DNA of 64,000 bases from Candidatus Poribacteria bacterium (lineage in GTDB: Bacteria > Poribacteria > WGA-4E > PCPOR2b). The translations under genes and the position numbers were made by a program. Positions 1-9,200 of the stretch are shown here, in pieces (the stretch's first letter is position 1; every line of letters begins with the position of its first letter). Location: assembly GCA_965247655.1 (NCBI GenBank), contig OZ252032.1, positions 1,477,101 to 1,541,100 of the forward strand, given 5' to 3'. The notes beneath the pieces were generated by a model that saw only the letters and a list, made by a program, of their open reading frames with translations, searched no databases and was not told the DNA's origin.

Positions 1-540
1 TGCGTGATGCAAGGCGTCGAGACAGAACGGTCCCCCTAGACTATTGGATAACTTCCAAGTGATGACGTAACGACTATACCCGTCGAGTATCGCCACCAGA
101 TACATAAACCCTTTATCCATCGGGATATAGGTAATATCAGCCGACCAGACCTCATTGGCAGCGGTCACCTCATAGTCCCGTAATAGGTATGGGTAAATCC
201 GATGCTCACTGTTGATGGTTGAGCGTTTGGGTTTGGGATAAATCGCTTCTATGCCCATCAAATGCATTAGCCGCTGGATGCGTTTGCGATTCACATGGTA
301 GCCACGGTGCTTAAGATGGTGTGTCATTCGACGACTCCCATAGAACGGTGTTTGCATATACTGCTGATCTATCTGCCGCATCAGATGCAGATTATCTGCT
401 GACTCTGTAGCCGGTTGATAGTAGAGCGTTGACCGAGAAAAACCAAGCAACTCACACTGACGACGGATACTCAATTGGGGGTGGTCGGGTTCAACGAGTG
501 ACCGTCTCTGGTGTACTGTTTGAGGCAGCTTTTTTTTTCA
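1..540 (-). CDS. IS3-family transposase OrfB (integrase core), N-terminal ~180 aa only. It is reached by a -1 frameshift from OrfA and is truncated by the window edge.
   Basis: Hand translation of the reverse complement of 1-156 gives ...NEVWSADITYIPMDKGFMYLVAILDGYSRYVITWKLSNSLGGPFCLDALHHA. This is the canonical IS3 OrfB region around the first Asp of the DDE triad. Confidence 0.75.
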
Positions 541-808
541 ACCAGTCCAGTTCCATATTCAACCGACCAATTTGCTCATACAGACTGGACTCTCTGTCAT
601 TTTGCTCACGCTGTCCCTTGGTGGGAGTGGTCGCGAAAATATCGCTACCCTGTTCAAGCAACTGTTTCTTCCATTGGCTGATTTGACTCGGGTGCAACTG
701 GTGCTCACTTGCCAATTGGTTGATAGTTTTATCTGACTGGATGGCTTCAACGGCAATAGTAAACTTGAATCTCGCAGTATGACGAATCCGTTTGGTTGAC
801 ATTTTCAA
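491..808 (-). CDS. IS3-family transposase OrfA (helix-turn-helix)
   Basis: The 105-aa ORF is MKMSTKRIRHTARFKFTIAVEAIQ...QISQWKKQLLEQGSDIF. It carries an A AAA AAA G slippery motif (minus-strand reading of 527-540) just before its stop, typical of IS3 programmed -1 frameshifting. Confidence 0.8.
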   Translation of the reverse strand: MKMSTKRIRHTARFKFTIAVEAIQSDKTINQLASEHQLHPSQISQWKKQLLEQGSDIFATTPTKGQREQNDRESSLYEQIGRLNMELDWLKKKAASNSTPETVTR

Positions 809-1349
809 TCCTCCATTTATACGGGTGAGTTAGACCAAATTTCTTACTTAACTCCTGGCCCGAATATTGGGGACCATTATAGTACGAGGCTCTTGACAAG
901 CCCAGCAATTCACATTGTCTCACAACCGACGGTGAACCGCACCCCTGTTCAATAAGTTGTCGCTTCTGTTCAATGGAGCCGTTGCGTTTTTTTTCAAGCC
1001 AGTCCAGTTCCACCTTCAACTGTCCGATTTGGCGATACAGTTCATCAACTAATTGGTCGGTGTCGGACGTTGCTTTTGAGGTTCCGGTTGTAAACAGTTG
1101 AGGCAATTGTTCAAGAACCTGCTTTTTCCATTGGCTCACTTGATTCGGGTGAACCCCATATTCACTGGCAATTTGAGCGACGGTTTGTTGGTTTTTTATC
1201 GCCTCAATTGCCACTTGTGCTTTGAATCGGCTATCGTACCGTTTTCTGCGAGACATGGGAGAAAAACTCCTTTCTGTTTTTCGCGTTTCTGACCCATATT
1301 GTCGCACAGATGATGAACGATTGACCAGTCGAAAGTTCACCTTAATCAA
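747..1349 (-). CDS. IS3-family transposase OrfA plus a fused 5' fragment of OrfB. This transposase gene is disrupted.
   Basis: The protein is MSRRKRYDSRFKAQVAIEAIKNQQTVAQIASEYGVHPNQVSQWKKQVLEQ.... An A-run lies at 987-998, and there is downstream OrfB-like sequence. Confidence 0.7.
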   Translation of the reverse strand: MIKVNFRLVNRSSSVRQYGSETRKTERSFSPMSRRKRYDSRFKAQVAIEAIKNQQTVAQIASEYGVHPNQVSQWKKQVLEQLPQLFTTGTSKATSDTDQLVDELYRQIGQLKVELDWLEKKRNGSIEQKRQLIEQGCGSPSVVRQCELLGLSRASYYNGPQYSGQELSKKFGLTHPYKWRIENVNQTDSSYCEIQVYYCR

Positions 1350-1389
1350 CTGTCTAGTTTTTGGGGGTAATTACAACTATTACGTTTGG
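880..1389 (-). mobile_element. IS3-family insertion sequence, copy B. It is a different family member, interrupted near 879 by insertion of copy A.
   Basis: A second OrfA homolog is fused in-frame to an OrfB N-terminal fragment (…RQCELLGLSRASYY…) that breaks off exactly where copy A begins. The candidate terminal sequence TGGGCCAAACG (reverse complement of ~1379-1389) resembles the TGGTCC end of copy A. Confidence 0.5.
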
Positions 1390-1647
1390 CCCACTAATTT
1401 CTGATGTGATACCAGATAGGTCGGTTATATCAATCGGCTCGCCCGCGATATTCTTTGCCAATGCTACTGTGAGTTCAGCAGCTGGTGAACCTTGTGTGAA
1501 AAAAGAGGCATACGGAAACTCTAATCGTTGACCGATATAGAGGGTTTTCTCAGGCACTTCACCAAAGGTGGGAGCTACCATATTGAGGACGTTGAATTGA
1601 GACCATGCACTACTTCTTCGGTTTGGCATAATATTCTCCTTTGACAT
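1354..1647 (-). CDS. Hypothetical 97-aa ORF. Its start codon is embedded in an IS605-type end motif (TGGGAGTATGTCA), and its last ~12 codons and stop are supplied by the end of IS3 copy B.
   Basis: The reverse complement of 1636-1647 is ATGTCAAAGGAG preceded by GGGAG. The reading frame runs into the IS3 copy B terminus (…VIVVITPKN*). It is probably a host gene remodelled by insertions and may not be functional. Confidence 0.3.
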   Translation of the reverse strand: MSKENIMPNRRSSAWSQFNVLNMVAPTFGEVPEKTLYIGQRLEFPYASFFTQGSPAAELTVALAKNIAGEPIDITDLSGITSEISGPNVIVVITPKN

Positions 1648-1810
1648 ACTCCCACACCCTGAAGGGTGGGGATTCTTACCCGTCAAGGAGTCGAATTGTG
1701 GTATCAACACAGAAAGCGAGGGCGAACCCCGTCTTACTTCTGCTACTCCAGTGGACGATGCCCCGCCCACTCCCTCTTGCGAGGGACACTGGTAAAACGG
1801 ACACGCCACA
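1642..1810 (-). mobile_element. Relic of an IS200/IS605-family TnpB 3' end plus the right end of the element
   Basis: The terminal motif TGACATACTCCCA lies at 1642-1654, followed by the hairpin CACCC-TGAA-GGGTG. The in-frame relic peptide …QEGVGGASSTGVAEVRRGSPS… resembles the C-termini of the two intact TnpBs (…RVGASTLAGEDVSPGSPG…). A second CCCTAAA-loop hairpin lies at 1942-1965. Confidence 0.4.
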
Positions 1811-2048
1811 CAACACGCTCCCGTCGGAGGGTGTGAAATTGGTGGGGGATTTGACCCCTCCTCACCGACTTTGGTGGAACACCCGTTTCTGAAACAGATT
1901 TTAACACTTTTAGCAGAGAAAAAGTGCTTTTACGAGGCTTGACTGACTACATCCCCTCCCTAAATGGAAGGGGTCTTGTCAGCAAGATAGATAAGATTTG
2001 GTAATATGGATCAATTATATCATGGTTAGACAGTGAAGCGAAGGGAAT

Positions 2049-2086
2049 AAAAAAAGCCTGGCGTGAATCGTGCCAGGCTTTTTTCT
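2049..2086. terminator. Bidirectional rho-independent terminator
   Basis: The 7-bp GC stem GCCTGGC/GCCAGGC (2056-2062 and 2072-2078) is flanked by A5 upstream and T6 downstream. Confidence 0.6.
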
Positions 2087-2222
2087 TGCTTCTCACAATG
2101 AAGTATGTTACCCTCGATATGTTAATGTGAGGAGATTATTAACTTCTGTTTCAATACAGAATAATTTATACATCTTTGGGGAGACGTATATAATTAGCAC
2201 GTTAATCACCTCCTTTTCGAGG

Positions 2223-2260
2223 ACGGCGTTGAGGACTGTATTTCTCAACGCCGTTTTTGC
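2223..2260 (+). terminator. Rho-independent terminator-like hairpin
   Basis: The 11-bp stem ACGGCGTTGAG/CTCAACGCCGT has a 10-nt loop and is followed by TTTTTGC. Confidence 0.5.
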
Positions 2261-2370
2261 TGCTATAAGTGGTAGAGGCTTAGGCTTATGCCTCTACCAC
2301 ACTTTGGTGGCAGTCAAACGCAAGGAGGCTCGACACTCCATCTGCATTGAACGCCTGACTGCCCTATAAG

Positions 2371-3484
2371 TTACTTCAAGATAACGAGCCGCTTTGTCTG
2401 CGAGAAGTCGTCGGCTGTCATGGTGTAGAAATAAACACCAGATGCCACGACCACTCCGTTATTGTCTGTGCCGTCCCAATGGACGGCTTTGGCTTGATTA
2501 ACGTAATTGCCTTTGGGTTTATGCCCTACCTCTAATGTCCTGACCAATCCCCCGATTGAATCATAGATACTAATATTCACATCAGCATGGGATGCGAGCC
2601 GATAGGGTATCCATGTTTCGGGGTTAAATGGGTTTGGGTAATTCCCAATCAATTCCGTTACAGAGGGAATGTCTCCATCTTCCAGAGCAGGAGGCATTTT
2701 TTCTGATGTGAGTTGTGATAAATCCACTGCAGAGGGAGCTGGCAGAGGGACATCTCCAGAGTCATAAGTATGCCAAATCCCCCATTGGTCATCACACATT
2801 AAATCTTCTTTTTTGTGCTCACCATACTCTATGTCATAATACATAGTATCAGGTATGTATTCAACGTGCTGATCCATGTGGCTTAGTCCTAAAGCATGAC
2901 CAAACTCATGGGTGAGTGAGTTTGCAACGCAGAGGTCATTAGGGCCTGCCAGATGGTGAGGTTGGACACGTAGGACGGCAATCGAGTTAATGTTAATATC
3001 ACACTCATAAATCTCATGAACATCACCGAATTCATACCACCATGTTATGAGCTTGGGCTGCAATATCGCTTGGCAGATGTAGAATCCCAATAACGTTATT
3101 CAAATCAGAGTAATCTGATGGGGCATTTGTATTGCCGAGGTCATTAAAGTCAAAGGAGGTAGATACTCCTTTATACGAGGAATTGTTCCATTGGGATTTA
3201 GCAATGGCAATATCTCCACCATACCAATATCGGACAGTGTTTTGGACACGAAAATCCATTTCAGTGTTATACCATCGGTGAACTGGATCTTTTATCATGT
3301 GCTCTTCAAGATTTTTTCCATATTCCGTAGGGGTATGCATCCAGCATTGCCCATACACGTTATTAGATAAGAAAACACAGCTCCAAACAGCGATGAGTGT
3401 TAAGCACAGCCTAAAGTTTAGGGTCGGGTTCTGCAGTGTTCTACTGTTCATCTTGTGCCTCCTGTTCTTTGACCTTCTCCTCAA
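2371..3484 (-). CDS. Secreted matrixin-like (metzincin) zinc metalloprotease with a C-terminal T9SS/FlgD-Ig-like sorting domain. The reading frame is split by a frameshift near 3032-3090, so this is either a pseudogene or a sequence error.
   Basis: The N-terminal signal peptide is MRRRSKNRRHKMNSRTL…LIAVWSCVFL. The zinc-binding motif HEFGHALGLSHMD (HExxHxxGxxH) is followed by a Met-turn DTMYY. The C-terminus …NPFNPETWIPYRL…VNISIYDSIGGLVRTLEVGHKPKGNYVNQAKAVHWDGTDNNGVVVASGVYFYTM… is typical of the Por-secretion/FlgD-like domain. The two ORFs overlap by 59 nt in different frames. Confidence 0.65.
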
Positions 3485-4202
3485 TTTTCGTTAATTCCGA
3501 TTTCAACATCGAAATAAAGTTAGGAGACTCTATTTGCAGTGACCGATTTTCTGGCTTATAAATATCCTTAATGGGACGAATCATCTCTTCCAGAACAGCG
3601 ACATCCTCCGGAGCCTTTATCGCCATATTGATGAGTCGAAACGCCAAATCTACTGGGATATTCAAAACATATTTTTCACTATAAAACCCTAGACGAAAAC
3701 TTACCACCTTTACTTCATTTCCATCCTGTTGATGAGTTTTAACGGTTGGATATGGGGGATACACCGATGGATACAATGCATCATAAAACGATGACCACCT
3801 ATCATCAATGCGCTTGACGATAAAGAGTATTACTTCAGCATCAAGTTTGAATGTAGGTGTAGTTGAGACATTGGAGCCAAATACTCTTCCATTTAACGGG
3901 TGAATTCCCTTTCCACCTTCAAGTCGGAATCTAACCGTATTTTCATCAATGTTGGGTTTGCCTTTGAGTGTTTTGGATACACCAATAGTGACATCAGTAT
4001 AAACACGAGCTATCTCTAAATCAGGTTGGACATATCGAATATCTGATACTTTGCCCGCGACGATTAGGACAGCCTTTTCAGTCTGGCTAACAAGTCTGTT
4101 ATCACCAGCTACAAAAGCACACAAGCCTGGCTCGGTGAATAGTGTTAGACACACAAACAAACTGATTAGCAGGGTTAAGGTTACAAAACATCTGGCGTTC
4201 AT
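3441..4202 (-). CDS. Secreted hypothetical protein with a signal peptide. It overlaps the protease gene start and is probably co-transcribed with it.
   Basis: The 253-aa ORF has the hydrophobic N-terminus MNARCFVTLTLLISLFVCLTLF and a C-terminal coiled-coil/acidic tail. It contains no motif I recognise. Confidence 0.55.
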   Translation of the reverse strand: MNARCFVTLTLLISLFVCLTLFTEPGLCAFVAGDNRLVSQTEKAVLIVAGKVSDIRYVQPDLEIARVYTDVTIGVSKTLKGKPNIDENTVRFRLEGGKGIHPLNGRVFGSNVSTTPTFKLDAEVILFIVKRIDDRWSSFYDALYPSVYPPYPTVKTHQQDGNEVKVVSFRLGFYSEKYVLNIPVDLAFRLINMAIKAPEDVAVLEEMIRPIKDIYKPENRSLQIESPNFISMLKSELTKIEEKVKEQEAQDEQ

Positions 4203-4218
4203 GATGAACCTCCTTTGT

Positions 4219-5309
4219 TATAGTTAGGACTTACGCAATTTGTGAAATTATGGCATAATATGACTTATGACAACCTTAACTGCAAACCCTTCTGACCTTC
4301 AATTGGATTATTGCCAATTCTTATTGGCAAGCCACACCAATTATACACAGACTTACTTCGCTGAACATACCCAAAAGTGGAGTCATGACCAAATCAACCG
4401 CTATCTGAGAAACGAGACTATTTCCCCAAGACAAGTCTGGGAAAATGTCAAAGATGACATCCACTTTTCCAAAAACGGGTATCTATTATTTGATGATACC
4501 GTCGTTGACAAGAGCTATTCGTCCAAAATTGAACCCGCTTGACGGCAATACAGTGGCAATGCCGGGCGCGTCATCGAAGGCATCGGCATTGTCACGATGG
4601 TGTATGTCAATCCGGATAGTGATGCTTACTGGATTGTCGATTACCGTATCTATGACCCTGACCGAGATGGCAAAAGTAAAATTGACCATCTACTTGAGAT
4701 GTTGGACAATGCCACTTTTGCTAAAGACCTGCCCTTTAGAACCGTTTTGGCAGATAGTTGGTATGCTTCCCGTCAAGTGATGCGTTACATTGAACAGCTT
4801 GGAAAGATTTACTATTGCCCACTCAGGAGTAATCGGCTTGTTGACGATTCAGAGGGTAAACACTCGCACCAAAACGTATCTCAACTCCACTTCAACCAAA
4901 AAGAACAAAGCCATGGGAAGTGGGTGCATCTAAAGAACTTCCCCAAAGGGCATAGCGTGAAATTGTTTCGGCTTGTGCTTGGTATCGAGCGCACGGAATA
5001 TGTCGTGACCAACGACTTAACTCAAGATTCGGCGAGTGAAACTCAAAACCACTGTTCCATTCGTTGGAAGATTGAGCAATTTCATCGGCAGATTAAACAG
5101 ACAACAGGTCTTGAAAGGTGCCAATGTCGTAAGCAACCGGCGGTCAGAAATCATATCGGGTGTGCGATGTTAGTCTGGGTTCAACTCAATCGGGTTGCCC
5201 GTCAGACGGGGCAGACTATTTACCAACTTAAGCAGTCACTGCTTGACGATTATCTGTCTCAGCAACTGATTTCACCTGCTATTTCTATGACTCTTGCGTA
5301 AGTCCTAAT
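4219..5309 (+). mobile_element. IS4/IS701-like insertion sequence with 15-bp terminal inverted repeats
   Basis: TTAGGACTTACGCAA at 4219-4233 is matched by its reverse complement TTGCGTAAGTCCTAA at 5295-5309. These repeats bracket the transposase ORFs. Confidence 0.6.
4267..5301 (+). CDS. IS4/IS701-family DDE transposase, split into two reading frames with a frame change near 4540, so possibly a pseudogene
   Basis: The first D lies in LFDDTVVDKSY. Across the frame break the sequence continues ARRQYSGNAGRV (the signature of this family is ARQYxGxxGK). The second D lies in LADSWYAS, and the E/K lies in WKIEQFHRQIKQ. Confidence 0.65.
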
Positions 5310-5336
5310 TGATACCGATTTCAGGTATTTTATGTT

Positions 5337-6446
5337 TCACGCACTCAACTCAAGCATCCGCTCAATTGGCGTTCTTGCCCGTTCGATGACCTCTGGCATG
5401 AGTGTAACTTCGTGCGGACTCAAATCGTCGCCTTTATCAAGTGCCTGTAGGACATCAAGCACTTTATCAAGGGTGACCTTCGCCATGTGGGAACACCGTA
5501 CAGAGCATGCGGTCGCAAATTGTACGGTTGGGAATTCCTGCGCCAAGTTGGAGGTCAGTTCACACTCCGAAGCAACAAAAGCGCGTTCCAATCGATTTTC
5601 CTCTACCCTCTTGGCAATGTCCTTCCCTATCTGGCTGGTACTGCCGTAAAAATCGGCTTCCTGAAGCACTTCAGGACGACATTCCCAGTGTGCATAAAGT
5701 ATTCTCATGGGATGCCCTTTAGGGATGTCAAACGAATCGCGTATTGCTAAAAGGTCTGAAAGCAGGAACTTTTCATGTACTTCACATACTGCCCCTTTCT
5801 CTTGGTTTCCTTTACCGGGGTAGAGAACCGTCTTTGTTCCCCTAAGCTCCTCCTCTAAATTCTCCGCAAAGTAAATGTCAGGAACAAAAAGTATCTCGTC
5901 CCCCGGCATTTCCCGTGCTATTTGGGCAGCATTTGCGGAGGTGCAACAGATGTCCGATTCCGCCTTCGCGTCGGCGTAGCTATTGATATAAATCATGACA
6001 GGGACCCCCGGATACAGTGCCTTCAACTTCCTTACCTCTTCAGCCCCGAAATTATCTGCCAAAGAGCAGCCTGCTGTCTTATCCGCGGCGAGAACCGTTT
6101 TTGAAGGATTGAGGATTTTCGCAGTTTCTGCCATGAACGGCACACCATTAAAGAGGATGTATGGCGCCTCGGTTTTTGCGGCGTGCATGCTTAACCCAAG
6201 CGAATCACCCTGCTCATTTTTTGTTGATAAACCGAATACAAGGGGCTCCATGTAATTATGGCCGAGCATCACCACATTGTGTTTTTTCTTTAGTTTCAAT
6301 ATCTGATACACTGTTTTTGCGTGAGCTTCTATGTCGATTGGCGTTAAGCTAGGATGGTTCCTTTTATAAAGCTCTTTCTTCACACTTTCAACACTCAGCG
6401 CTGATTTATCTATATTGTCTTGGGATACTGTTGGTTGGGAATTCAT
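5337..6446 (-). CDS. nadA: Quinolinate synthase A
   Basis: Motifs MLGHNYM, GDSLGLS and NGVPFMAETAKIL…CSLA are present, with Cys residues for the Fe-S cluster. The length is ~369 aa. Confidence 0.85.
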   Translation of the reverse strand: MNSQPTVSQDNIDKSALSVESVKKELYKRNHPSLTPIDIEAHAKTVYQILKLKKKHNVVMLGHNYMEPLVFGLSTKNEQGDSLGLSMHAAKTEAPYILFNGVPFMAETAKILNPSKTVLAADKTAGCSLADNFGAEEVRKLKALYPGVPVMIYINSYADAKAESDICCTSANAAQIAREMPGDEILFVPDIYFAENLEEELRGTKTVLYPGKGNQEKGAVCEVHEKFLLSDLLAIRDSFDIPKGHPMRILYAHWECRPEVLQEADFYGSTSQIGKDIAKRVEENRLERAFVASECELTSNLAQEFPTVQFATACSVRCSHMAKVTLDKVLDVLQALDKGDDLSPHEVTLMPEVIERARTPIERMLELSA

Positions 6447-6669
6447 TTCTTCTCACCCCTGAATCTATCGGAGTTTCTTTGGCCTCGAATTTCTGATTTG
6501 GATTTCCTAAGTTCTGAAAACCTTCTGGGCATACAGTCAAAAATGGGAGAAATCTTTGTTGTTTGTTGGATTACCCTAGAGTTTACAACGATTAGAAATC
6601 TTTGTCAAGTATGATTACGCTGAATCGTCAAAAAAAATATTGCGGAAGCAGATTAATATGACCGAATCA

Positions 6670-9195
6670 TTACGCGGATTCGTCATCCAAAATTGAGACT
6701 GTCCCTCGACCACCGTCAACGCGCAGACGTTGACCGGATTGGATTCGTTGTGTTGCGGCTGCAACATTGACTACCGCCGGAATACCATATTCTCGTGCAA
6801 CGATAGCACCATGCGACAGCATACCACCATACTCCATCACCAATGCAGCAGCGTGAAGAAAGAGCGGCGTCCATCCCGGGTCTGTTGACGGGCAGACCAA
6901 GATATAATTTTTGCCGGCAATCTGTGCATCGGCTGCATCTCGGAGGACATGCGCCTCGCCGGTAGCAACGCCAACCGACACCCCAACTCCTTGAATCTCA
7001 TCTTTTGCTTCAATCGCTTGAGGTTCACCAACACGGTTAAGGATATCGCTGTAGATGACATCCGGTAGTTCAATCTTTAATAATCGTGATCGGGTTGTTT
7101 TGCGTTCCTCAATCACCGGTTGGAGGTCTTCTCCTTCGATGAGTTGATCTAACTCATCAGGCACAAGATAGAAGATACCACCGTCAAGTTGATAGCGTCG
7201 ATCGAGTTCTAGCAAGGCTTTTCGGATTAATTCGTAGCCGAGCATCAGATAGAACTTCGCGGTCTCCCGGAACGGCATGTACCGTTGTGTGAGGTTAAGA
7301 ACTTTATTGATCTGTTTCCGAAGCGCGGCCGCTTTACCTACCGGTAACCGTGCCAATCTCCTTTTTGCTTTTTCCCGATTTGTCCTTTGGGCTTGAAGAT
7401 GTCTCGTCGGATTGGCATCGGGATTGGTGTGGAACGATGCGATAATCTGTTCAACGTAGGAAGGGTCCTCGCGCCAGCGGGGCTGCGCCAACTCAAATTC
7501 ACCGACCGACCGATGCCCGTGTTTTTCTAAAAAATCTTCGAGCGTAAGTTCGCCCTGTGCGACCTCCCACATTTTCAGATTGGCATCAACGGTTAGATCC
7601 CCTTCCAACCCTGTGATTAACAGTCTAGCGAGATCTCTTGCCTCCTCCTCACTAAAACACTTTTGCAGGGTGATTTCCAACTGTTGATAAGAAAAACTCG
7701 CAAACACCGTCGCCTTGAGCGCATCTTTAGCAAATTCGTTGAGTGTTTTCTCGCGCCATTCGTGGAATTTATCAATCACCTGTTGATCTGACAGTTCTTC
7801 GAGTGAAACTTGTCTTTGAGTCTGAACATACTGTTCAAACGTTGGAAAAATTTTTTCGGAGAGACTTCTGTCCAGATTTTTACGAATTTTGCTATGTTTA
7901 AATTCAGCAGTAATTGCCTTAACGATATAGTAAGGAAACCTGCTCCAAAACAGAACGTTACTGCGCTTGATGTTCGGGGTCGGCTGTGGATAGATGGCTT
8001 TGTGTGGGTCACGCTTGAGTTGCTGAAAATCGTGTTCAAACAGAAACCCATGGAAATTAAATTCTACTTCTCGACTCAAGTTGAAGTAGAGGCGTCCGCA
8101 GATTAGATCTACCACTCCCTCCTCATCAAACCTGCGGCTAGGAAGGAACCCCAACTCACGGCAGGTCAGCCCAAATCCGCCTCGACCTGACATAAATTCC
8201 TGCATGATTGCCCATGTCATGGGGAGAGGCGCGGGTAGGACTTCGGAGAGATTGTATCGACTCCACACCGTTCCACCTTCATCGGCTTTTTTCTGGAGGA
8301 CTTCAATTTCCTGACGGCGTAGCTGCTCAATCTCCGCTGCGTCTGTGAGCGTTGTAATAGGGCGTGCCTGCAGCACATAGAATTGTCCTTCAGCGTGTGC
8401 CCATTCGGCGTCTTGGGGCGCACCATAGAACGCGTCCACCTGCATACCAAGCTTGCCGAGTTCAGCAACCTGTCCACGTTGTAGACTTGGAATCTCTCGC
8501 TGCCCAATTGGGACTGGTTGTACTCCCTCGCGTGCGATCATTTTCCGCTTGCTTACTACAGTCTCGCGGATGAGATTTCCGGTTTCTCGTGAAATCACAA
8601 AATGATCGGGGGTAATTTCTCCGGAAACAACGGACTCACCCAAGCCCCAGTTTGACTCGATGACGAGTTCATCCCCTCCTGTAGGGTTGCGGGTAAACAT
8701 AACGCCGGAGACCTCAGCGTCGACCATCGTCTGTACGACAACAGCCATTGCCAACTGTGCGTCCCCAATTCCGTGTTCACGACGATAGGCAACTGCACGG
8801 TCTGACCATAGCGACGCCCAGCACGCCTTAATCTTCTCCAAAAGTTCAGAGGTCCCGGATACATTTAGAAATGTATCCTGTTGTCCGGCAAAACTGGCAT
8901 CAGGGAGATCTTCTGCGGTGGCAGACGAGCGCACCGCAACCGAATCTGCTCCTAATTGGTTGTAAGCCGTTAAGATCTCCGATTGAAGTAACTCTGGCAG
9001 TGCAGCGGCTTGGACAGCTTCGCTATTCTGCGTATCAACCGTTCCGACGGTAGTACGATAAGCGTCAGCTGTAACACAGAAGCCGGGCGGCACAAGAAAC
9101 CCCGCTGCCGTCAACTTGCCAAGATTCAACCCTTTTCCACCGACAAGCGGGAGATCTGAGTCATCAATTTCTGCGAAGTGTTTGATCCATGTCAT
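6670..9195 (-). CDS. Protein of the PEP-utilising enzyme family. It has an N-terminal pyruvate-phosphate-dikinase ATP-grasp domain (PPDK_N) and a C-terminal mobile His domain, the same architecture as PEP synthase and rifampicin phosphotransferase.
   Basis: The N-terminus is DLPLVGGKGLNLGKLTAAGFLVPPGFCVTADAYR. The C-terminus is GGMLSHGAIVAREYGIPAVVNV…RLRVDGGRGTV. The length is 841 aa. Confidence 0.75.
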   Translation of the reverse strand: MTWIKHFAEIDDSDLPLVGGKGLNLGKLTAAGFLVPPGFCVTADAYRTTVGTVDTQNSEAVQAAALPELLQSEILTAYNQLGADSVAVRSSATAEDLPDASFAGQQDTFLNVSGTSELLEKIKACWASLWSDRAVAYRREHGIGDAQLAMAVVVQTMVDAEVSGVMFTRNPTGGDELVIESNWGLGESVVSGEITPDHFVISRETGNLIRETVVSKRKMIAREGVQPVPIGQREIPSLQRGQVAELGKLGMQVDAFYGAPQDAEWAHAEGQFYVLQARPITTLTDAAEIEQLRRQEIEVLQKKADEGGTVWSRYNLSEVLPAPLPMTWAIMQEFMSGRGGFGLTCRELGFLPSRRFDEEGVVDLICGRLYFNLSREVEFNFHGFLFEHDFQQLKRDPHKAIYPQPTPNIKRSNVLFWSRFPYYIVKAITAEFKHSKIRKNLDRSLSEKIFPTFEQYVQTQRQVSLEELSDQQVIDKFHEWREKTLNEFAKDALKATVFASFSYQQLEITLQKCFSEEEARDLARLLITGLEGDLTVDANLKMWEVAQGELTLEDFLEKHGHRSVGEFELAQPRWREDPSYVEQIIASFHTNPDANPTRHLQAQRTNREKAKRRLARLPVGKAAALRKQINKVLNLTQRYMPFRETAKFYLMLGYELIRKALLELDRRYQLDGGIFYLVPDELDQLIEGEDLQPVIEERKTTRSRLLKIELPDVIYSDILNRVGEPQAIEAKDEIQGVGVSVGVATGEAHVLRDAADAQIAGKNYILVCPSTDPGWTPLFLHAAALVMEYGGMLSHGAIVAREYGIPAVVNVAAATQRIQSGQRLRVDGGRGTVSILDDESA

Positions 9196-9200
9196 AGGTG

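Larger units (their letters stand above)
1..879 (-). mobile_element. IS3-family insertion sequence, copy A. It is partial (the 3' part lies before the window start) and sits inside another IS3 copy.
   Basis: OrfA has an HTH N-terminus. A run of A8 slippery site lies at 531-540. The OrfB integrase reading frame continues to base 1. The sequence TGGTCCCC (reverse complement of 872-879) is a candidate inverted-repeat start. Confidence 0.65.

Noticed and set aside
2070-2369. A 99-aa ORF in the gap between the TnpB relic and the protease gene
   Set aside because: It spans three terminator-like hairpins, has no RBS and has low-complexity composition, so it is most likely non-coding.
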